The notes: a model not told the origin generated them from the sequence alone. Shown: positions 25,591 through 39,430, counted from the first letter of the stretch. The stretch is 64,000 bases of DNA from Octopus sinensis (GCF_006345805.1 NC_043017.1:21514001-21578000); one strand, 5' to 3'. Translations and numbers: made by a program.

Positions 25591-26146
25591 TGAGTGAGAG
25601 AGCAGTGCATGCCATCAAAGTGACACTGGGGTAAACTATACGAAGCCCAGTATACCCATCATGAATACCTGTCTGATAAGGGTACACCAGGCACATGCAT
25701 CACAACCATATGTGCGCGACACGGTGATCTCCTATCAAGATAAATAGCACATGACCTTGCAGGTGGGGCCCAGTTAGAATTTTCTTCTGTTCGAGTAGCC
25801 CATCCTCCTCAAAAGGACCCTGAATAATGGTTGTTTAAGGATGTTGAACGAAACACCCATGTTTCCAAAGGTGAATTATCCAAACCTCAAAGAATTCCTT
25901 TCAACACACGGCTATGATACTTCCCCACTACTTCTGCTCACGATCAGAGATGCACATATCGTCAGCCACTAAGGGACATGCTCAACTGGTTAAGGTCAAA
26001 CAACTGACAAGCAAACCTGTGGTATTGAGCAGAATATTTGCTCTAGCCCATCTTTTATACCAAGAGAAAACAATGTACATGCTAACACTTACAATCGGTT
26101 AAGATCAGAAGCCATGAGAGCCACTGTCTGGTACTGCATCAGGGCA
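25591..26146. mobile_element. Unclassified ~555-bp element embedded in (TTA)n
   Basis: Higher-GC block with sharp edges and (TTA)n on both sides; no ORF. Confidence 0.55.
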
Positions 26147-26199
26147 TTTATTATTATTATTATTATTATTAAGCTGACATGTGCTAATTTGATTAGCCG

Positions 26200-26395
26200 G
26201 TATATCATCTTGAGTATTAGTGGCAACAAGTTTCCTCAAATCTTAAGAAACCTATTTTAGGATTCTTGTGGCGTAGAGAATAGTACTTCCCTGCAAGTCA
26301 ACAGCACGAGTTTCAATTGCAATTTCATTCAGTCTTTTAGGTGGCACTTCGAGTGTTGTGCCATGTGCACCGATTACGGCAGGAACAGTCAGTAA
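26200..26395 (-). mobile_element. Dong/R4-clade LINE C-terminal relic
   Basis: TVPAVIGAHGTT..KRLNEIAIETRAVDLQGSTILYATRILK* resembles the PVVIGALG..LQK..LL.TARIL end of restriction-like-endonuclease LINEs; TAA-rich flanks. Confidence 0.7.
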
Positions 26396-26893
26396 TATTA
26401 TTGTTGTTATTACTATTACTACTGCCTTTTGCCGCATTAGCAACAATTGCAATAAGTGGTGGTGGTGATGAGAGTAGGAGGAGGGGGAGGAGGAGGAGGG
26501 AAGGAGGAGGAAGAGGAAGAAGAAGAAGCAGACAATAATTGACAATTACCACCATCACCACTACTACCAACTACAACAACAACATCAACTGCAATACTGA
26601 TAATAATCTATAATGTATTTTCCTCCCATGGCATTCACCGCAAAATAAAGAAGATACTTGCTCTTATTTGCTTCTGGCAAAGATTCCCTCTGAATAATTT
26701 CCAGAAACATCATTAAAGCAGAATCAAGGATTTTTTCCTCCCCTTTTTTTTTTATTTTATCTATTTGAACAGAAATGCACAAAAAGTTTATGCCCTTTTA
26801 CCAAATAATACCTTTTTAGCACTCTGTGCCATTTTTATGTTATTTTTATATTCTTCACTGTGTATATAGGTCAGGGAAATTGGAAATAGGGGC

Positions 26894-26894
<1 letters not shown>

Positions 26895-26924
<30 letters not shown>

Positions 26925-27093
26925 AAGGAGGGAGGAGAAGAAGAAGAAAAGAAGAAGAAGAATGGAGAAGAAGAAGAAGGGAGAAGAAGAAGAAGAAGAA
27001 GGCGAAGAAGACGAAGAAGAAGAAGAAGAAGAAGAAGAAGAAGAAGAAGAAGAAGAAGAAGAAGAAGAAGAAGAAGAAGAAGAAGAAGAAGAA
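26895..27093. repeat. ~200-bp (GAA)n polypurine tract
   Basis: Directly visible. Confidence 0.95.
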
Positions 27094-27655
27094 AGGAGGA
27101 GATGAGGGAAAGGATTTGGAAGAATCATGACTTTGGGTTGTTCAGGATTTTTATATCCATCATGGCTAGTGTCCTCATGCACACACAGTCAAAGAACTAG
27201 AGAAATCTATATATACATGCATGCAGGCATACACACACACGCACACACACATATATATCTATATGTATGTATATATGTATATATATATATATACTCATAC
27301 ATAAGATCACATACACACATAGATGTATTCATGTTCACAGAGCTAAAAGAGTATATACGTGCATGCAAATGTATAGATACTCATACATAGGCTGACATGC
27401 AAACACACACACACACATGATATATACATGGTCACTCATAGTAACTAGAGAAATATACACATACATGTAGACACATAAATGTAGCAAAGTCAGATGCGAC
27501 ATAAGCCACGTGTTTCTATTTGAACTGTTTGAAAATCAGTGTAAACTGTGAAACTGGTTTAAGCTTTGAATATAACAATAAAAAATATTTTAACTATTCC
27601 TGGTGAATTTTCAACTTCTATTTTTCCTATATATATATATATATATATATATATA

Positions 27656-27825
27656 GGTGCATGAATGGCTGTGTGGTAAGAAGCTTGCTTACCAACCACA
27701 TGGTTCCATGTTCAGTCCTACTGTGTGAGACCTTGGGCAAGTGTCTTCTGCTATATCCTCGGGTAACCAAAGCCTTGTGAGTGGATTTGGTAGACAGAAA
27801 CTGAAAGAAGCCTGTAGTATATATA

Positions 27826-27867
<42 letters not shown>

Positions 27868-28075
27868 CATGTGTGTGTTTGTACCCCCACCATCGCTTGA
27901 CATCCGATGTTGGTGTGTTTATGTCCCTGTAACCTAGTGGTCTGGCAAGGGAGACCAATAGAATAAGCACTATGCTTACAAAGAATAAGTCCTGAGGTCC
28001 ATTTGTTAAATTTAAAATGCAGTGCTCCAGCATGGCTGCAGTCAAATGACTGAAACAAGTAAAAGAATAAAAGAA
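27656..28075 (+). mobile_element. SINE family A
   Basis: Full-length match. Confidence 0.9.
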
Positions 28076-28239
28076 TATATATATGTATATATACATTCAC
28101 ACAAACACATACACACACAAATACAAACACACATTTACATGTGTCTGTCATTTACAAAGGAGACCACCACCCTGGGCTGGAAGATTACCTTCATGACTGA
28201 CAGCAATAATCAGAAATAGCTTAACTTATCATTATTACC

Positions 28240-28610
28240 CCATCATCATCATCATCATCATCATCATTATCACCTACATCATTAATCATCATAATCACAC
28301 ACCTGCCACATTTCATCATCATCATCATCATCTCCATCATCTTCACCACTGTCGCCATCATCAATCCTCTTCATCATCATGATTATCATCATCGCCGTCA
28401 TCACCAGCTGCATCATCATCATCATCACCACAACCACCACCACCACCACCACCAACACCACCACAACCACCACCACCATCACCACCACAACCACCACCAC
28501 CACCACCACCAACACCACCACAACCACCACCACCATCACCACCACAACCACCACCACCATCATCATCATCATCATCGTCATCATACATCATCCAGTTTCT
28601 TCATCATCAC
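28240..28610. repeat. (CAT)n/(ACC)n compound tract
   Basis: Directly visible; higher-order 60-bp duplication at 28425-28560. Confidence 0.9.
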
Positions 28611-28956
28611 TCACATGACATGACATTTTGGCATTGGTGTCATCACTCAATGATACATTCACATGATCAATCACCCTATGAATGATTGAATGGATTGGTC
28701 AGTCATTAGCATTATCAGGTTGTCAATCCTTATCAACATCCCTACCACCACCACCACCACTACCACTACCACCATCATCATCCTCATTATCATCATCATC
28801 ACCACCACCTACATTGCCATCATGTCCACTGCAATAGTAACTAATAGAAATTTCTTATATAGTTACAAAACCCAGAGTAAGAATTAAACAAAAAATTCTT
28901 CTTTAAAAACTTGGGAATTTATTATTCAATGATATACAAGATAGCAGCAGTAGTAC

Positions 28957-28988
<32 letters not shown>

Positions 28989-29045
28989 CCTATCTATCTA
29001 TCTATCTACCTATCTATCTATCTATCTATCTACCTATCTATCTAC

Positions 29046-29077
<32 letters not shown>

Positions 29078-29112
29078 GTATATATATAATAATATATATA
29101 TATATATATGTA

Positions 29113-29523
29113 TGGCACTTTGGGCAAGTGTCTTCTACTATAGCCCCAGGTCAACCAATGCCTTATGAGTGGATTTGGTATATAGAAACTGACAAAATCC
29201 CATTGTATATAGACGTGTGTGGGTGTGTTTGCGTTGGTGTTTGTCCTCCACCACTGTTTGACAACTGGTGTTGGTGTGTTTACATCCTCATAACTTAGCA
29301 TATGTGTGTGTATGTTTGTGTGTCTGTGCCTGTTGCCCTCACCATTGCTTGACAACTGATGCTGGTGTGTTTACATCCCAGTAACTTAGTAGTTTATCAA
29401 AAAAGACTGATAGAATAAGTACTAGGCTTACACAAATAAGTCATGGGGTTAGTTTGTTTGACTAAAGGTGGTGCTTCAGCATGGCCACAGTCGAATGACA
29501 GAAACAATAAAAGAATAAAAGAA
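29113..29523 (+). mobile_element. SINE family A (5'-truncated, internal duplication)
   Basis: The segment ttgacaactg..gtgtgtttacatcc..taacttag is present twice. Confidence 0.85.
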
Positions 29524-29585
29524 TATATATATATATATATACATGCACATATATTTCTATAATTATCTATCTTTTTCTCATTATA

Positions 29586-29626
<41 letters not shown>

Positions 29627-29878
29627 TATATATGCCAGTGCCCCCTAACTGGCTCCTGTGTTGGTGGCATGTAAAAAGCACCCACTACACTCTCAGAGTG
29701 GTTGGCATTAGGAAGGGCATTCAGCTGTAAAAACCTTGCAAGAACAGATTGGAGCCTGGTGATGCCTCCCAGGTTCCCAGTCCTCAGTCAAACTGTCCAA
29801 CCCATGCCAGCATGGAAAGCGGATGTTAAACAATGCTGCTGCTGATGATCATACACACACACACATATATATATATAT

Positions 29879-30272
29879 AGGAGTGGCTGTGTGGTAAGTA
29901 GCTTGCTTACCAACCATATGGTTCCGGGTTCAGTCCCACTGTGTGGCATCTTGGGCAAGTGTCTTCTGCTATAGCCCCGGGCCGACCAATGCCTTGTGAG
30001 TAGATTTGGTAGACGGAAACTGAAAGAAGCCTGTCGTGTATGTATATATATATATATGTATGTGTGTGTCTGTGTTTGTCCCCCTAGCATTGCTTGACAA
30101 CCGATGCTGGTGTGTTTCCGTCCCCGTCACTTAGCGGTTCGGCAAAAGAGACCGATAGAATAAGTACTGGGCTTACAAAGAATAAGTCCCGGGGTCGATT
30201 TGCTCGATTAAAGGCGGTTCTTCAGCATGGCTGCAGTCAAATGACTGAAACAAGTAAAAGAGTAAAAGAGAG
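29879..30272 (+). mobile_element. SINE family A, young copy
   Basis: Nearly identical to 1524-1932, CpGs retained. Confidence 0.92.
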
Positions 30273-32297
30273 TATGTATGTATATAATATAATACATAGT
30301 TTATTACTTCCAACTAACACCTGTCAAGATTAAGATAACCCATTTTTGGTAAACTTTGGCATGATGCAACAGCACAGTTTGGCATCACCCTTGTCAGCCA
30401 TTAACCAACAGACAGTTCACATTATTTTTAGATTGTTCATTGTCATAGATTTTGGCATAACATGAGTTGCTAATTTAATCTGATTCTATCCTGAATTGTG
30501 TCAAATCAGCGAAAATTTTCTAAATATTAACAATTTCTTGAGAGTAAAATGGTGTTCTTGTTTATGTTGCTTTTAATCTTGTGTTTTATGAAGTCACAGG
30601 GCAATGTATGTTTATAGAAACATATATGTGTATATGCATGTATATTTATATGTGTGCATGTGGGTTTATAGAATATATACATACATATATATGTATGTGT
30701 GTATATGTGTATGTATGTATGTATGTATGTATGTATCTATCTATCTATCTCTCTCTCTCCTTATATATATATATATATACATATATACTCATATATGCAA
30801 CACATATATATATATGTATATATGTGTATATACACATATATGCATGTATTATAATGCATATATATGCATATGTATGTATACATGAATGTATATACATACA
30901 TGTGTGTAAATATCTACATCTATATTTATAACTATATATATAATATATATATATATGCATATATACATGCATACACATGCCAACATGGAAAATAGATGTT
31001 AAATGATAATGATGATGAAGATCCTGCTGCTGCTGATGATGATGATACACACATACATATATACACACACACACTATATATATATATATATACGCACACA
31101 TATATAAACACTCATACATACACATATATTTACACACTCATATACGCATATACACACACATATATATATATACGCTCAAACACACACATATATACAAACT
31201 GAAACACACACATACATATCGAAGCACGCACACACAACACACACACACACACAGTGTTATGTATCAATGTTATTACATTTTTTTTTTTCTTATTTTCCGT
31301 TTCCTTATTTTCCATCTCACAGTTCTTCAACAAAGAAAATAACAACTACAACTCTGACATCTACCGATTTTTACTAACTGTAAACTCCATGTTCTTCCTA
31401 GACAGCAGATCAAATTATTTCTTTGAGACGCTTTTTACCCTCAGATGTTATGACGGTCTGCGCAATTTGAGGCAAAAAAATCTATAGTATTTTTATACAT
31501 CTTCAACGACAATATTATCTTTAGTTCTTTACACAGGCCAATCAGTTCAGAAAGCAAAAGTATAGATATTCTATTATATATGCATGTATTCACCGAGTGG
31601 CGTTTCATTTTCTTATCACTGCGTTATAAAATGCAATAATGTCAGAATTTTCTGAAGGCTATATTGTCAATTCTTCGTTGCCTGTCAAGATAGACTTTCT
31701 GAAATTCCGAGATAGTTGTTCCGTGGGTTTTGATTGATCAATTATTTCCTGGAATTAACGCTTTAATGTTATCGGAACTAAAAGGAAGGATGTATTTTAA
31801 TATCTTTCTTTGGATCTGAGGGAAAGTAAAATAACTGATAAATGTGTGATAGGCTGAAAGGCGAGAGTGATAAACTAAATATTGTCTACGAGGACACAGA
31901 AGCATTCCACCCACTGCAATGATTCTGTGAGAATTGCAGACGTGACACACAAACTGTTATTGCTTGTTTATTATTGCTGTTTAGCACCAACAGTCTTAAC
32001 CCTTTTCATGCTAACGCATCTGAAAGTATGCCTTGTTCTAACATATACACTTGCAGTTTTAAAGTGGTCTTAATCAGATGAAGTACTGTTCTATATTTAA
32101 GAGATGAGGAATTATGTACATTATTTACATTTGACGGATATTTGTCTTCATCTGAATAATAATAACAATAATAATAATAATAATAATAGAAGAATATATA
32201 CAGCATGCTCATGAAATTAACATATACACATACATACACAAATACAGCCATTCATACTCATATATATATATATATATTATATATATATATATATATA

Positions 32298-32675
32298 TCT
32301 TTTACTTGTTTCAATCAGTTGACTGCGGCCATGCTGAAGTACCGCCTTCTAGTCGAGTAAATCGACCCCAGGACTTATTCTTTGTAAGTCTAGTATTATT
32401 CTATCAGTTCTTTTGCGCACCGCTAAGTACGGCTGTAAACGTAAAAACACACCAGCATCGGGTTGTCAAGCAATGGTGGGGGGACAAACACAGACACACA
32501 AACATATATACATATATACGACGGGCTTCTTCCAGTTTCTGTCTACCAAATCCACTCACAAGGCTTTGGTCGGCCCGAGGCTATAGTAGAAGACACTTGC
32601 CAAGGTGCCACGCAGTCGGACTGAACCCGGAACCATGTGGTTGGTAAGCAAGCTACTTACCACACAGCCACTCCT
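32298..32675 (-). mobile_element. SINE family A, young copy
   Basis: Full-length reverse complement, CpGs retained. Confidence 0.92.
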
Positions 32676-32764
32676 AATAATAATATTAGGGAGTATAACT
32701 CCAAACTTACAGGGAAAAATTCAATTTAGTATTAACTCAAATTTCACAGTATAAATATTTAAAA

Positions 32765-32970
32765 TATAAAATATGAATTAGAGATAAAACCACTATGATG
32801 CAACTCAAACAGCGATAGACATAAACCGATACATAAATAACAAATAATATATATAATTGATATTATATATTATATTAATTATATATATTATTTGTTATTT
32901 ATGTATCGGTTTATGTCTATCACTATTTGAGTTGCATCATAGTGGTTTTATCTCTAATTCATATTTTATA
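32765..32970. repeat. Near-perfect inverted repeat with ~95-bp arms
   Basis: The arms differ at about 3 positions; AT-only loop. Confidence 0.95.
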
Positions 32971-33934
32971 TATATATATATATATACACACACTCACATA
33001 CACACATGCACACACAACACACACACACACACACAAACTCACATTCTGCAGGGCTTAAACAGATCTATGTTTAGTGACTTTGCATCGGATATTTGATATC
33101 TGACTCTAAGTCCAAGCCATGCTAAAAACGATCAATCAATCAATAAATCAATCGGACGTGAAATGACAAAATGGAAACGAGGATTATGATTTATCTTGGA
33201 TGAAATAAACGAATGAGATAAACGGCTGTGCTTAAAAAAAAACAAAAACAAGAACAAAAAAAAGCCCAACAAACTTTGCCCAATATAAGTTCTGAGGAAA
33301 ATTTGAACCTGAAAACCTTGGATTTTAGGTCAGTAATTTTCTAAAGAGTTTAGCCATCACTTATATGACAATATAAGTTAGTAGTCTGTACTATGTCTTT
33401 GCTAATTGTTTTAAGTGAAAGGCGGTGAGCTGGCAGAATTGTTAGCATGCTGGGCAAAATGCTTAGCGGTATTTTGTCAGTCGCTACGTTCTGAGGTCAA
33501 ATTCCGCCGAGGTCGACTTTGCTTTTCATCCTTTTGGGGTTGACAGACTCTGCCAAACAAAATGGATCCAAACAAAAAAAAATGCATAACTGAACTGGTT
33601 TGGGTTTTGGTGATATTTTGAAATCTTCAGAAGTCTGGAAATTAATCTAGCAAGACGGATGCAGACATAGTGGTGGCGGTGGTGGCTGTGGTGGGATAGA
33701 TGTGAGCTTGTGTGTGTGTGGGTGGGGGGGGGGGGGAACTGGAGGAGACAAAAAAGGAAGAAAGGAAGTAAGAAGGTAGGTTGAAGGTTGAGATTAACGA
33801 AGCAAAGCAGCAGGTCAGGCTTAACACATTAATGATCAGCAGGTAAAGAAATGTGTGTGTGTGTGTGTGTGTGTGTGTGGAAACCTGGTTTGATCGTGAG
33901 CTGAATTGCATAAGCAATCTGTAAGTTATGGATA

Positions 33935-34296
33935 ATGATGATGATGACGATAATAATGATGATGATGGTAATGATGAAAACGATGAGGAGGAAGACAGCG
34001 ACAATAATGTCTAAGACGATGAGGATGAGGATTGTAATGGTAGTTGCAAAGATGATGGCAACAATGATGATGATTGTGGAAGTGGTATTTGCGATGATGA
34101 TGATGATGATAGTGGTGGTGGCATTGGCGGTGGTAGTAATGATTATGATGATAGTGATGAGGAGGAAAACAACAACAACAACAATGATGCTAAAAACAAT
34201 GATGACATTAATGATGATGATGATGATGACAATGACGATGATTATAATGATGAGGATGGTGCTGGCAGTGGTGATGAGGATGAGGGGATGAGGATA

Positions 34297-34328
<32 letters not shown>

Positions 34329-34450
34329 GGTGGTGGTGATGATGATGACAATAATGATAATGGTGACACTGATGATGATGATGACGATGATGATGATGAT
34401 GACAGTGATGATGGTGAGGACGGCGATGTTGTTGTCAGTGTCTATGGTGA
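33935..34450. repeat. Degenerate (GAT/GGT)n tract
   Basis: Directly visible; gives the poly-M ORFs. Confidence 0.95.
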
Positions 34451-35131
34451 TGTTTTTTTTCTTAATCAAGACAGCAAGTAGTGAGTACAAACAAGAAGAC
34501 ATCTTCAAGCTTCCGAACTAAAAGCAAATTCTGAACTACATCCTGAACTAAAAGCAAAGCTGCTGCACAGAACATGGAAGTGAGGTCACTACTAACAACA
34601 TCTTGAATAATCAAGTTGTAGCTCTGGTAGTGCAGAATATATCTATGGTATATATATTCATCATCATCGTTTAACATCCACTTTCCATGCTAGCATGGGT
34701 TGGACGATTTTGACTGAGGGCTGGCGAACCAGATTACTGCAGCAGGCTCCAATCTTGATCTGGCAGGGTTTTATATGGAGTTGAGAGGGGAAAGCAATAT
34801 ACAGTAACCCCTCGCTATATGGCTCTTAAGGCCATTTTTCTGGATTCTGCGGTTTATATATTCTCAACCTGGACAAGACACTGGTCCATTGTAGGGGTAT
34901 TCATTTTTGTCAGTCGAGTGGACTGAGGCAACACAGGAAAACTGTTTTGTTCAAAAACACAATGATAAAAGTGCAGGTGTGGCTGTGTGGTAAGAAGCTT
35001 CCGGGTTCAGCTCCACTGTGTGACACCTTGGGAAAGTGTCTTCTGCTACAGCCTTGGGTTGACCAAGGCCTTGTGAGTGGATAGGTAGATGGAAACTAAA
35101 AGAAGACTATTGTGTGTGTGTGTATATATAT

Positions 35132-35306
35132 TTATAATAATAAGGGTTTTTTGCAACAAGTTGCTTAAACCACATACCGAAAATATTAGAAATAGCAGCC
35201 AAAAAACTACTATTTCTTTTACTACTATTTCTTTTTTGGCTGCTATTTCTAATATATTCGGTATGTTGTTTGAGCAACTTGTTGCAAAAAAACCTTATTA
35301 TTATAA
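35132..35306. mobile_element. Palindromic MITE-like foldback (~75-bp arms) interrupting a SINE A copy
   Basis: ttataataataagg..agaaatagcagccaaaaaa / ttttttggctgctatttct..ccttattattataa. SINE A 5' half at 34973-35115 and 3' half at 35420-35545. Confidence 0.8.
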
Positions 35307-35724
35307 TTATATAAATTTTTACAGAATATGGTCCTTTTCCATACTGAAATACTACTAGGTGAAATTTATTGATTTTATTAGATTAATTATATTTCACCCT
35401 ATATCTGTATATATATAAATTTGTGTCTATGTTTGTCCTTCTACCATCGCTTGACAACTGATCTTGGTGCACTTATGCCCCAGTAACTTAACAGTTTGGC
35501 AAAAGAGACTGATAGAATGAGTACCAGGCTTACAAAGAATAAAGCGGTGCACAGTGTGCCACATGTCAGATGTGCAGCATAAAGTGAAGCGTTTTGCTCG
35601 AGAATACAATGTGCCACCTGGTCCAGGAATCGAGACCACATTCTTGTAATCATGAGTCCAACACCCTAACCACAAGACTAACACCCACAATCAGAGGCAT
35701 GCATTTGTACATATTTATGTTTTG

Positions 35725-36210
35725 TAGCCACAGAGTTAAGCTGTAATCTTGACATTTCAATGCTATGAAGTTATAATGCTCTGTTGACATGTCATCACCA
35801 CAGAGATACAATTTTGTGCTAATGTGTCAATTACATTGTTACACTGTCAATCAATGGTCCAGAGTTTGAGTAATGTGTTGACATGTCAATATCAAAGAGT
35901 TACATTGCAACCCAGTCATAACAACAGCATAGAACTATAATGCTGTGTTGACACGTCAATAACATGGTGATACAGTGTCATGTTGACTTGTCAATATCAC
36001 AAATATATAATGGAATGTTGACATGTCTTTACCATGCAGATATAGCTTTGTATTGATATGTCAATATTATAAATGTACAAATTCTGCGTTGACAAATTAA
36101 CATCATGAAAACACAACGTTATGGTGACCTGTCATTAACGTCGAAATATAGTGTTATGTGGACAAATCAATAACAGAGATACAAAGTTATGTTGACCTGT
36201 CAATCTCATG
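35725..36210. repeat. Degenerate 35-bp tandem array with palindromic core TTGACATGTCAA
   Basis: Cores at 35749, 35784, 35819, 35878, 35948, 35983, 36018, 36053, 36089, 36124, 36159 and 36192. Confidence 0.85.
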
Positions 36211-38087
36211 TCTGCCAGTTTTAGGATGGCATTTGCTGTCATGGTCATGAGTTGCAGCAGAATATTGGTCCTGTGGCTGCTCGTGGTGTTGATAATGGAT
36301 AGGATTAAGAGGCTACTGTTGCTGATGATGATGGTGATTACAATAAAAAAAATGGCTTTGATGATGATGATGATCCAAATGACAATGAGAGTGATGTTTA
36401 TGATGATGATGATGATGACAAGGATGAGGAAGATGATCTTGAATGATAATGCAAATGGTGTTTATGATAATGTTGAAGTGGATAATGATAATGGTGGTGG
36501 TGGTGGTGATGATGTTGACGGTGATGATGATGATCTGAACGGTAACAAGAGTGACGATTATCAGGATCGTGATGGTGGTAGTGGTGGGGATGATAACAAT
36601 GACGACGACAATGATGATGATACCGATAATGGGGATGATACTGGGGACAATAATGACGATGGTAATGATGATGGAAGCGGTGGTGGAGATGGTGATTACA
36701 ACGATGATAAATTATGATTATGATGATGATTATAATGATAATTATGTTGACGACGACGACGACAGTCAGGATGATGCCAACAATGTACATAGCGACCAGA
36801 ACTCAATATTATATAATAATTTAATATAGTATAACAGAATAATTAACGAACGGATTATAGCAATGTGACTTATGGTTGGACACTCACAATAAATTCACCT
36901 GTTCACTAAACTTACTGCGATGTCAAAATTAATTCCATACTGCTTCTCTCTTAAACTTCTCAACATCCCTTACATCATATTTGCCTGATAATAGCAATAT
37001 GAAGAAGATATATTATAAATTATAGTCAGAAAGTTATTGCTAAAGTTGAGTGGAATTAGACTGGCATGGGTAAAGAATGGTGTGTGTATGTGTGTGTGCG
37101 TGTGTATGTGTGTGTGTGTGTGTGTGTATGTGTGTGTGTGTGAGAAGACTTGTCAAGCCAAGTGAAATTGCAGTTGTGGCCGATGCCAGTGTCCTGTAAC
37201 TGGCATGTAAAAAGAACTCTTTGGATGTTGGGTGATATGCTGTACTTGAGAAGACCCATCAAGCCAAGGGAGATCATAGTCGTGTGTTTTGTCTCTGGTG
37301 TTTCGTATCTGGCACCCCCCATGCTGGTGGCATGTAAAAAAGCATCCACTACATTCTTGGAGTGGTTGGCATGAGGAAGGGCATCCAGCTGTAGAAATCA
37401 TGCCAAATCAGGTCAAAATCATGCCAAATCATGCCAAAAAGGCAGCGAGCCGGCAGAAACATTAGCACGCCGGACGAAATGCTTAGCAGTATTTCGTCTG
37501 CCGCTATGTTCTGAGTTCAAATTCTGCCGAGGTCGACTTTGCCTTTTGACATGAGCATATGAGTGTTTGCGCTTGTGCATTTGTATTCTCACCCCTCGAC
37601 AACTCTTGTTGTCCTGTTTACACCCTGGTAATCTTCTAATCTAGTAGCTCATCAAAAGAAGTACTGACTTAATAAGTACCAAACTTAAATTAAATACCCT
37701 GGTATTTATTGAAGGCAGTACCCCAGCATGGCTGCTGTCCAATGACTGAAACAAACCAGAGATTAACAGAAGAAAATATGCATATATATATGTATGTACA
37801 TATACATGTGTGTTTGTATGGGCATGTGTATGCATGCGTGTGCTCAGAGAATGTCAATTCATATTTAGAGAACTATACATAGGCTGCTGGAGAGGAGGGA
37901 TGTGGGGAGGGTCATTCAAAGGTGGCAACATGATGAATGGCGTCTATTAGCTTTAGCATTGTTTGATGTTGGTCATCACAGAATAAAGACAGTGAGTGGG
38001 AGTTGCAATGATATATAGACATTATAGGTACACACACCTACGCACTTACAGACACTTATAATACATACATATATATATATATATATC

Positions 38088-38143
<56 letters not shown>

Positions 38144-38377
38144 AATATGTATATTATATATACATATTTATATAGATATGTATATATTAATATACATATA
38201 TATATATATATATATAATATATATATATATATACATCATCATCATCAAATATATATAATTTTTTATGTACATATATATATAATGTATATATATATATGTA
38301 TATATATATATAGATGTAATATATATATATTGTATATATATATATATATATATGAACATAATACATCTGCATATATG

Positions 38378-38413
<36 letters not shown>

Positions 38414-38669
38414 TGTGTGTGTGGGTGTGTGCATGCTTGCATTGTTACAATCATTTTGTATCTTCATTTGAATTCTTTCTCTTTTGCTCTAAACACTTCC
38501 AGTCTTTCATGCTACCCTCCCACAAATTTCACATGCATATATACGCACATGCATGCAATATACCCACTCATACATGCAGTCACACACTCTCCTGCTACTT
38601 CTGTCATCTTTTTGTCTCTCCATAATCATATATTACTGCTGCCTCATCCTCATAAAGATATACACATAG

Positions 38670-39065
38670 CTGCAGGAGTGGCTGTGTGGTAAGCAGCTTG
38701 CTTACCAGCCACATGTTTCTGGGTTCAGTCCCACTGCATGGCACATTGGGCAAGTGTCTTCTGCTATAGCTTCGGGCTGACCAAAGCCTTGTGAGTGGAT
38801 TTGGTAGATGGAAACTGAAAGAAGCCAGTCATATATATATGTATAGCTTTGTGTGTCTGTGTTTGTCCATGCCATCATCGCTTGATAACTGATGTAGGTG
38901 TGTTTATGTCCCTGTAACTTAACTTAGCAGTTCAATAAAAGGAACTGATAGAATAAGTACTAGGCTTACAAAGAATAAGTCCTCGGGTTGATTTGTTTGA
39001 CAAAAAAGGTGGTGCTCCAGCATGGCCACAGTCAAATGACTGAAACAAATAAAAGATTGAAAGAA
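38670..39065 (+). mobile_element. SINE family A
   Basis: Full-length match. Confidence 0.9.
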
Positions 39066-39184
39066 TATCTCCAAATACTTACAGTCTCTTTTTCCCTTTC
39101 TCTTTCTCTCTCTCTCTCTTTCTCCACACATACTCACACACACACCACACACCACACACACACACACCACACACACACACATAT

Positions 39185-39335
39185 ATTTGTGGGAATGGAA
39201 GACTCAAGAAGACATGGGATGAAGTACTGAAGAACAACCTCAGGAAGCTGAACCTTTCAGGTGAGATGACAAAGAAGTGAGACACCTGGTGCCTGGCCAT
39301 ACCAAGAAGACCCAAATCCCACAGCAGAAGTGTTA
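39185..39335 (+). mobile_element. RTE (BovB-like) LINE C-terminal relic
   Basis: Translates CGNGRLKKTWDEVLKNNLRKLNL..MTKK*DTW, matching the GRP.KTW motif of RTE ends. Confidence 0.65.
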
Positions 39336-39338
39336 AAA

Positions 39339-39430
39339 CCAATCCTGTTGCTTGCGTAAAGGACTCATGGCCAATCCTGTTGGTTGTGTAAAGGACTCAT
39401 GGCCAATCCTGTTGGTAGGGTAAAGAACTC
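39339..39430. repeat. 32-bp tandem repeat, about 3 copies
   Basis: ccaatcctgttg at 39339, 39371 and 39403. Confidence 0.9.

Noticed and set aside
35725-36210. CRISPR-like appearance (palindromic repeat plus variable spacers)
   Set aside because: The linkers are homologous to each other, the cores are degenerate, the context is eukaryotic and there are no cas genes.
36208-36829. Acidic D/G/N-rich ORF resembling a biomineral or low-complexity protein
   Set aside because: Degenerate (GAT)n tract, open in several frames and strands like other tracts in the window; no splice or start context.
36916-36984. Possible 69-nt minus-strand exon (cag|..|gtaagt)
   Set aside because: Stop codons in all three frames.
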